The notes beneath the pieces are model-generated. The model searched no databases and was not told where the DNA came from. It saw only the letters and a list, made by a program, of their open reading frames with translations. From NCBI GenBank assembly GCA_023227985.1, contig JALOCB010000003.1, positions 5,260-69,259 of the forward strand: a stretch of DNA of 64,000 nt, given 5' to 3'. This DNA is from Candidatus Omnitrophota bacterium (GTDB lineage Bacteria; Omnitrophota; Gorgyraeia; Gygaellales; Profunditerraquicolaceae). Of this stretch, positions 59,686 through 64,000 are shown piece by piece. Each line of letters begins with the position of its first letter. Position 1 is the stretch's first letter. Made by a program: the position numbers and the translations under genes.

Positions 59686-61293
59686 ATGGTTCAGGATCTT
59701 ATTTTTGGGGTAGTGGGCGGTCTCGGCTTGTTTATATATGGGATAAACGAGATGAGCGAGGGCCTGCATAAAGCCTGCGGGGACAGGATGCGCAGGATAC
59801 TGCATAACCTTACCGGCAATCCTGTAAAAGGCGTTTTAGTCGGAGCGTGTATCACTTCGGTCATTCAGTCTTCTTCCGCCACTACTGTTATGGTCGTGGG
59901 GTTTGTTAATGCAGGGTTAATGAATATGATCCAGGCTTTAGGGGTTATATTCGGCGCCAATATCGGAACGACAATAACCGGGCAATTGATCGCTTTCCGG
60001 CTTACCGCATACGCGCTTCCTATTATAGGCTTGGGCATGCTTATTTTATTGGTTTGCCCGAAGAAAAAGCATAAATATATCGGCGAGTTCTTGCTGGGTT
60101 TTGGCATTCTTTTTTTGGGGTTGAATATACTTACCGGCGTAGTAGAACCTCTTGGCCAGTATCCGTGGTTCAAGAATATATTCATCAGTTTCAGTAAAAA
60201 CCCCTTTTTAGGGATATTGGCCGGTTTTGTGGTCACCGCCACCTTGCAGAGCAGCTCGGTTGGGACCGGTATGGTAATCGGTTTGGCAATGGTAAACCTG
60301 ATCGATCTAAAGGCGGCAATACCGCTAGTATTGGGCTGCGATATCGGGACTTGCGTTACGGCGTTGATCGCTTCAGTGAACACGAATATTGCCGCGAAGC
60401 GGGTCGCGGTAGGCCATATATTGTTTAATATCATCGGCGCGCTGATATTCCTGCCGTTTCTGGGGGTATTTGAAAACCTGGCTATTCATACATCGAGCAT
60501 GCTGCCCCGGCAGATCGCTAACGCGAATACCTTGTTTAAGATAATAAATACGGTTATATTTCTGGTATTTGTGAAGTATTACGCGGCTTTTCTCACGAAA
60601 ATAGTGAAAGGCAAGGAAGAAGAGGATGTCGATTATTTGCCTAAATACCTGGAACGGCATCTGCTGAATACTCCACCCATAGCTATTGAAGCCGCGATCA
60701 AAGAGATCGTCAGGGTTATGTATTTGACCAAAAAAATGGTCAATGCCGCTATGAACGGTTTATTGAGGAATGAAAACAAGAACCTGGAAAAGATCGTCCG
60801 CAACGAAGAGGCGGTCGATTCTTTGAGGGACGCGATCACGAATTATCTGGTTGAGATCATGCAGCAGGAATTAAGCCCGCAGGAATCGAAAAAGATACCG
60901 CCGCTTATCCACGCGATCAATGATGTGGAAAGGATCGGCGACCACGCGGAGAATTTAAGAGCCTTGGCTGAACAGAGGATCGACAGCAATATTTCTCTTT
61001 CCCGGGAAGCGCTGGATGAATTAAGAACGATGTTTGTTGATTTGAACCTGATGATCGACAGCGCGATCGGCGCCTTGTCTTCGAATAACATTGATGAGGC
61101 GAAGAAAGTGCTCGATCAGGAGCCGGAGATCAATACATTAAGAGACAGGTTAAAGAACAACCATGTAAAACGCCTTGAAAACCGGGTTTGTAATGTCCCT
61201 TCCGGGGTGATTTTTCTGGATACTATAAACAACCTGGAAAAGATCGGGGATCATCTTGTTAATGTGGCTCAAGCCGTAAAACAGGGGTTATGA
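59686..61293 (+). CDS. Na+/phosphate cotransporter (NptA family) with a C-terminal PhoU-like domain.
   Basis: GLFIYGINEMSEGL and the duplicated QSSSATT/QSSSVGT motifs. C-terminal PhoU-like ERIGDHAENL / EKIGDHLVNV. Confidence 0.8.
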   Translation: MVQDLIFGVVGGLGLFIYGINEMSEGLHKACGDRMRRILHNLTGNPVKGVLVGACITSVIQSSSATTVMVVGFVNAGLMNMIQALGVIFGANIGTTITGQLIAFRLTAYALPIIGLGMLILLVCPKKKHKYIGEFLLGFGILFLGLNILTGVVEPLGQYPWFKNIFISFSKNPFLGILAGFVVTATLQSSSVGTGMVIGLAMVNLIDLKAAIPLVLGCDIGTCVTALIASVNTNIAAKRVAVGHILFNIIGALIFLPFLGVFENLAIHTSSMLPRQIANANTLFKIINTVIFLVFVKYYAAFLTKIVKGKEEEDVDYLPKYLERHLLNTPPIAIEAAIKEIVRVMYLTKKMVNAAMNGLLRNENKNLEKIVRNEEAVDSLRDAITNYLVEIMQQELSPQESKKIPPLIHAINDVERIGDHAENLRALAEQRIDSNISLSREALDELRTMFVDLNLMIDSAIGALSSNNIDEAKKVLDQEPEINTLRDRLKNNHVKRLENRVCNVPSGVIFLDTINNLEKIGDHLVNVAQAVKQGL

Positions 61294-61330
61294 TAAAAGG
61301 TCTGTTCCGGTCTCGGGCCTGTTCAGTTCA

Positions 61331-62047
61331 ATGAAGATCAAGATCATAAAATGGATCAAGAAACAGGTGTCCCGGGCTAAAGCGGGCGGTTTGGTTTTAG
61401 GCTTAAGCGGAGGATTGGATTCCTGCGTAGCCGCTGTCCTGGCAATTAAAGCCTTGGGAAAGAACAGGGTTTTGAGTTTGATATTGCCCTGTCACAGCCA
61501 TAATAACGACTTAAAGCATGCCCGGATGGTCAGCCGGAAATTCGGCATAAAGAATAAGGTTATTGATCTTTCAGGGATATATGACAGCCTTTTGAAAGCC
61601 TTGCCGGCTGCGGACAGGATGACCCGGGCTAATCTCAGGCCCAGGCTGCGGATGATGGTCCTTTATTATTTTGCCCGGAAATTAAAGTACCTGGTCTGCG
61701 GGACGAGCAATAAATCCGAATTAATGACCGGTTATTTCACGAAGTACGGGGATGGGGCCAGCGATATCCTGCCTATTGGGGATCTGGTGAAATCCCGGGT
61801 CAAGGCATTGGCGCGTGAGCTGGGCATACCCGAAGCAGTCATAGCTAAACCGCCTACAGCCGGACTCTGGGACGGCCAGACCGATGAAGCGGACCTGGGC
61901 ATTACTTATCTGGAACTGGATGATATTCTGTTGCGCCTGGGAAAAAGGCGTAAACAGGTCATTGCCGGAGCTAAGGTCAATAAGGTAAAGAGGCTTATTA
62001 AGAATTCCGAACATAAAAGGCATAAGCCTGCTGTTTGCAGAATATAG
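61331..62047 (+). CDS. nadE: NH3-dependent NAD+ synthetase.
   Basis: PP-loop LGLSGGLDSCVAAVLA. Length of 238 aa. Confidence 0.85.
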   Translation: MKIKIIKWIKKQVSRAKAGGLVLGLSGGLDSCVAAVLAIKALGKNRVLSLILPCHSHNNDLKHARMVSRKFGIKNKVIDLSGIYDSLLKALPAADRMTRANLRPRLRMMVLYYFARKLKYLVCGTSNKSELMTGYFTKYGDGASDILPIGDLVKSRVKALARELGIPEAVIAKPPTAGLWDGQTDEADLGITYLELDDILLRLGKRRKQVIAGAKVNKVKRLIKNSEHKRHKPAVCRI

Positions 62048-62060
62048 CCAAAACGGAGGG

Positions 62061-62549
62061 ATGATGGACGAGATATTGGAGATATTGGAGAAAGACTGCC
62101 GGACTACCAGCGAAGAGATAGCCAAGATGCTGAAGAAAAAACCGGCTGAGGTGAAAAAGGCGGTAGCCAAATATGAAAAGGACGGAGTGATCCTCAAGTA
62201 TAAGGCGGTCATCAACCGGGAATTGGTCCGCGATTCCGATAATGAGGTCCGGGCGCTGATCGAGGTAAATCTTATACCCCAGAAGGATGTGGGTTTTGAT
62301 AAGATCGCCGAACGGATATACCTCTTCCCGGAAGTTTCAAGCTGTTTTTTGCTTTCCGGGACATATGACCTTTTGTTGATCGTAAGGGGCAAAGATATCC
62401 ATACTGTTTCCAGGTTCATCTCCGAAAAGCTTTCCCCGATGGAAAATGTCAGAGGCGTGGTCACGCATTTTTTGCTGAAGAAATACAAGGAAGACGGAGT
62501 GATCTTAAAACAAAAAGAGGATAATAAAAGGATAGCTATTTCGTATTAA
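62061..62549 (+). CDS. Lrp/AsnC family transcriptional regulator.
   Basis: N-terminal HTH plus a C-terminal RAM domain, ~160 aa. Adjacent to an aminotransferase. Confidence 0.75.
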   Translation: MMDEILEILEKDCRTTSEEIAKMLKKKPAEVKKAVAKYEKDGVILKYKAVINRELVRDSDNEVRALIEVNLIPQKDVGFDKIAERIYLFPEVSSCFLLSGTYDLLLIVRGKDIHTVSRFISEKLSPMENVRGVVTHFLLKKYKEDGVILKQKEDNKRIAISY

Positions 62550-62564
62550 AGCGCGGGTAATCTT

Positions 62565-63728
62565 ATGAATAAAAATATTGTCGCCACAAAAGTCGAGCAG
62601 ATGCAGCCCTCAGGCATACGGGTATTCTTTGACCTTGTCCTGGGTATGAAGGATATTATATCCCTGGGTGTGGGAGAGCCGGATTTTGTCACGCCGTGGC
62701 AGATCCGTGAAGCAGGGATCACTTCCCTTGAAGAAGGCTTTACCTCGTATACCTCGAATAAGGGGCTGTATAAGCTGCGTCTGTCGATCAGCCGCCACCT
62801 GAAGAATAAATACGGACTGGAATATTCGCCTGACGACGAGATATTGGTTACCGTGGGCGTAAGCGAAGGGATCGATTTGGCTTTGCGCACGATCGTCAAC
62901 CCCGGGGATAAGATCCTGGTGCCGAGGCCGGGTTATGTCTCTTACGGCCCGATGGCTGAGCTTGCGGGCGGGATACCGGTATATATCGACACTTCCAAAG
63001 ACGGGTTCAAGCTGACCCCGGAGAATATTTCTCGGTGCATCGACAAAAAGACCAAAGGCATCATCCTGAATTATCCCGTTAATCCCACCGGGGTTTCTTA
63101 TACCCGAAAGGAGCTGGAGGCGATAAAAAAGGTCCTGTTAAAGCACGGTATTTTATGTATGTCGGATGAGATCTATAGTGATCTCACCTACGATTTTGAG
63201 CATATCTCTTTCCCGTCGTTGAGCGGGGCAAAGGAAAACACCGTTTATTTCAACGGATTCTCTAAAAGTTTTGCCATGACCGGCTGGCGCGTGGGGTATG
63301 CCTGCGGGCCCAAGGCGATTATCGACGCGATGACTAAGATACATCAATATACGATAATGTGCGTGCCTATTACCAGCCAGATGGCGGCATGCGAGGCGTT
63401 GCAGACAGGTAAGCGGTCTGTCGAAGAAATGAAGCGGGAATATAAGCGAAGGCGGGAATTCGTTTTTAGCGAACTTAACCGTATCGGATTAACCTGTTCC
63501 AAGCCCCAGGGCGCATTTTACGCTTTCGCCTCGGTGAAGAAGACCGGCATGCACTGCATGGATTTTGCCAGGAAACTGCTGGCTGAGCAGAAAGTCGCGG
63601 TTGTCCCCGGGACAGCTTTCGGGGAGCAATTCACGGATTTTATCCGTATCTCATACGCCTCGAGTTTTGATAATCTTAAAGAGGCGTTCAGCCGGATGGC
63701 CGCGTGCATGGCGGACATTAAAAGATAA
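62565..63728 (+). CDS. Class I/II pyridoxal-phosphate-dependent aminotransferase (aspartate/aromatic type).
   Basis: PLP-lysine context YFNGFSKSFAMTGWRVGYA. Length of 387 aa. Confidence 0.8.
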   Translation: MNKNIVATKVEQMQPSGIRVFFDLVLGMKDIISLGVGEPDFVTPWQIREAGITSLEEGFTSYTSNKGLYKLRLSISRHLKNKYGLEYSPDDEILVTVGVSEGIDLALRTIVNPGDKILVPRPGYVSYGPMAELAGGIPVYIDTSKDGFKLTPENISRCIDKKTKGIILNYPVNPTGVSYTRKELEAIKKVLLKHGILCMSDEIYSDLTYDFEHISFPSLSGAKENTVYFNGFSKSFAMTGWRVGYACGPKAIIDAMTKIHQYTIMCVPITSQMAACEALQTGKRSVEEMKREYKRRREFVFSELNRIGLTCSKPQGAFYAFASVKKTGMHCMDFARKLLAEQKVAVVPGTAFGEQFTDFIRISYASSFDNLKEAFSRMAACMADIKR

Positions 63729-63832
63729 TTTATACCCGAACTCAATGGAGAGGGCGGTGTTGCGATGAGATCTGACACCCGGCGCAATTGGAATATGCGC
63801 CGGTGTTGATTCTCTAATCAAGGAGGGTTCAG

Positions 63833-64000
63833 TGGCTAAGATGACCAATCAGGAGATACTGAAGATAGTCAAGGAGCGCAAGATAAAGTTTATCCGCTTA
63901 TGTTTCACCGATGTCCTGGGTTTTTTGAAAGGGTTTGCTATTACCCCTGATGAATTGCCCGGTGCATTGGAAGAGGGAATGGGATTTGACGGTTCGTCGA
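63833..64000 (+). CDS. glnA: Glutamine synthetase type I, 3'-partial (runs off the window).
   Basis: N-terminal EILKIVKERKIKFIRLCFTDVLGFLKGFAI...GMGFDGSS matches the GS beta-grasp N-domain. Confidence 0.7.

Overview
This is a 64 kb bacterial chromosomal window of about 50% GC. The gene set (rnfCDGEAB, PPi-type PFK, PPDK, class II B12-dependent RNR, archaeal-type apgM) suggests an anaerobe. The left third (1-17.4 kb) holds three consecutive giant same-strand ORFs: 1587 aa (5'-truncated by the window edge), 2590 aa and 1507 aa. All three are end-to-end fusions of glycolytic enzyme domains. ORF1 carries a class II aldolase C-fragment, a complete class II aldolase, a PPi-type phosphofructokinase and GAPDH. 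ORF2 carries an unknown N-domain, a pyruvate phosphate dikinase/PEP synthase-like domain, about 730 aa of unassigned sequence and a C-module. ORF3 carries triosephosphate isomerase, phosphoglycerate kinase and enolase. ORF2 and ORF3 share a conserved N-terminal leader (hydrophobic helix followed by RGYA then NLRPAxVK; the ORF1 N-terminus lies outside the window). All three share a conserved C-terminal module ending in an LTxQxSD...VTxEE peptide. The three genes are separated by intergenic regions that each carry paired GC-rich palindromes. I do not recognise this architecture as a described system, and it is the main finding. The rest of the window is ordinary. It holds a sugar-uptake and glycoside-hydrolase cluster: an ABC transporter, two paralogous GH-like proteins and a tandem-duplicated CBM-like protein. 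It also holds a tmRNA-like structured RNA candidate, ftsB-eno, an FtsH-like protease, purN, the complete rnfCDGEAB operon, an MFS transporter, tRNA-Thr(CGU), ROK and LacI regulators, nrdJ preceded by tandem NrdR-box-like palindromes and a sigma70 promoter, apgM and mnmG. Further downstream are a QueG-like Fe-S protein, a PstS-like binding protein, a MoxR-DUF58-Big_2 membrane protein operon, a Na/Pi cotransporter, nadE, Lrp/AsnC, an aminotransferase and the start of glnA. No CRISPR arrays or obvious mobile elements were seen.
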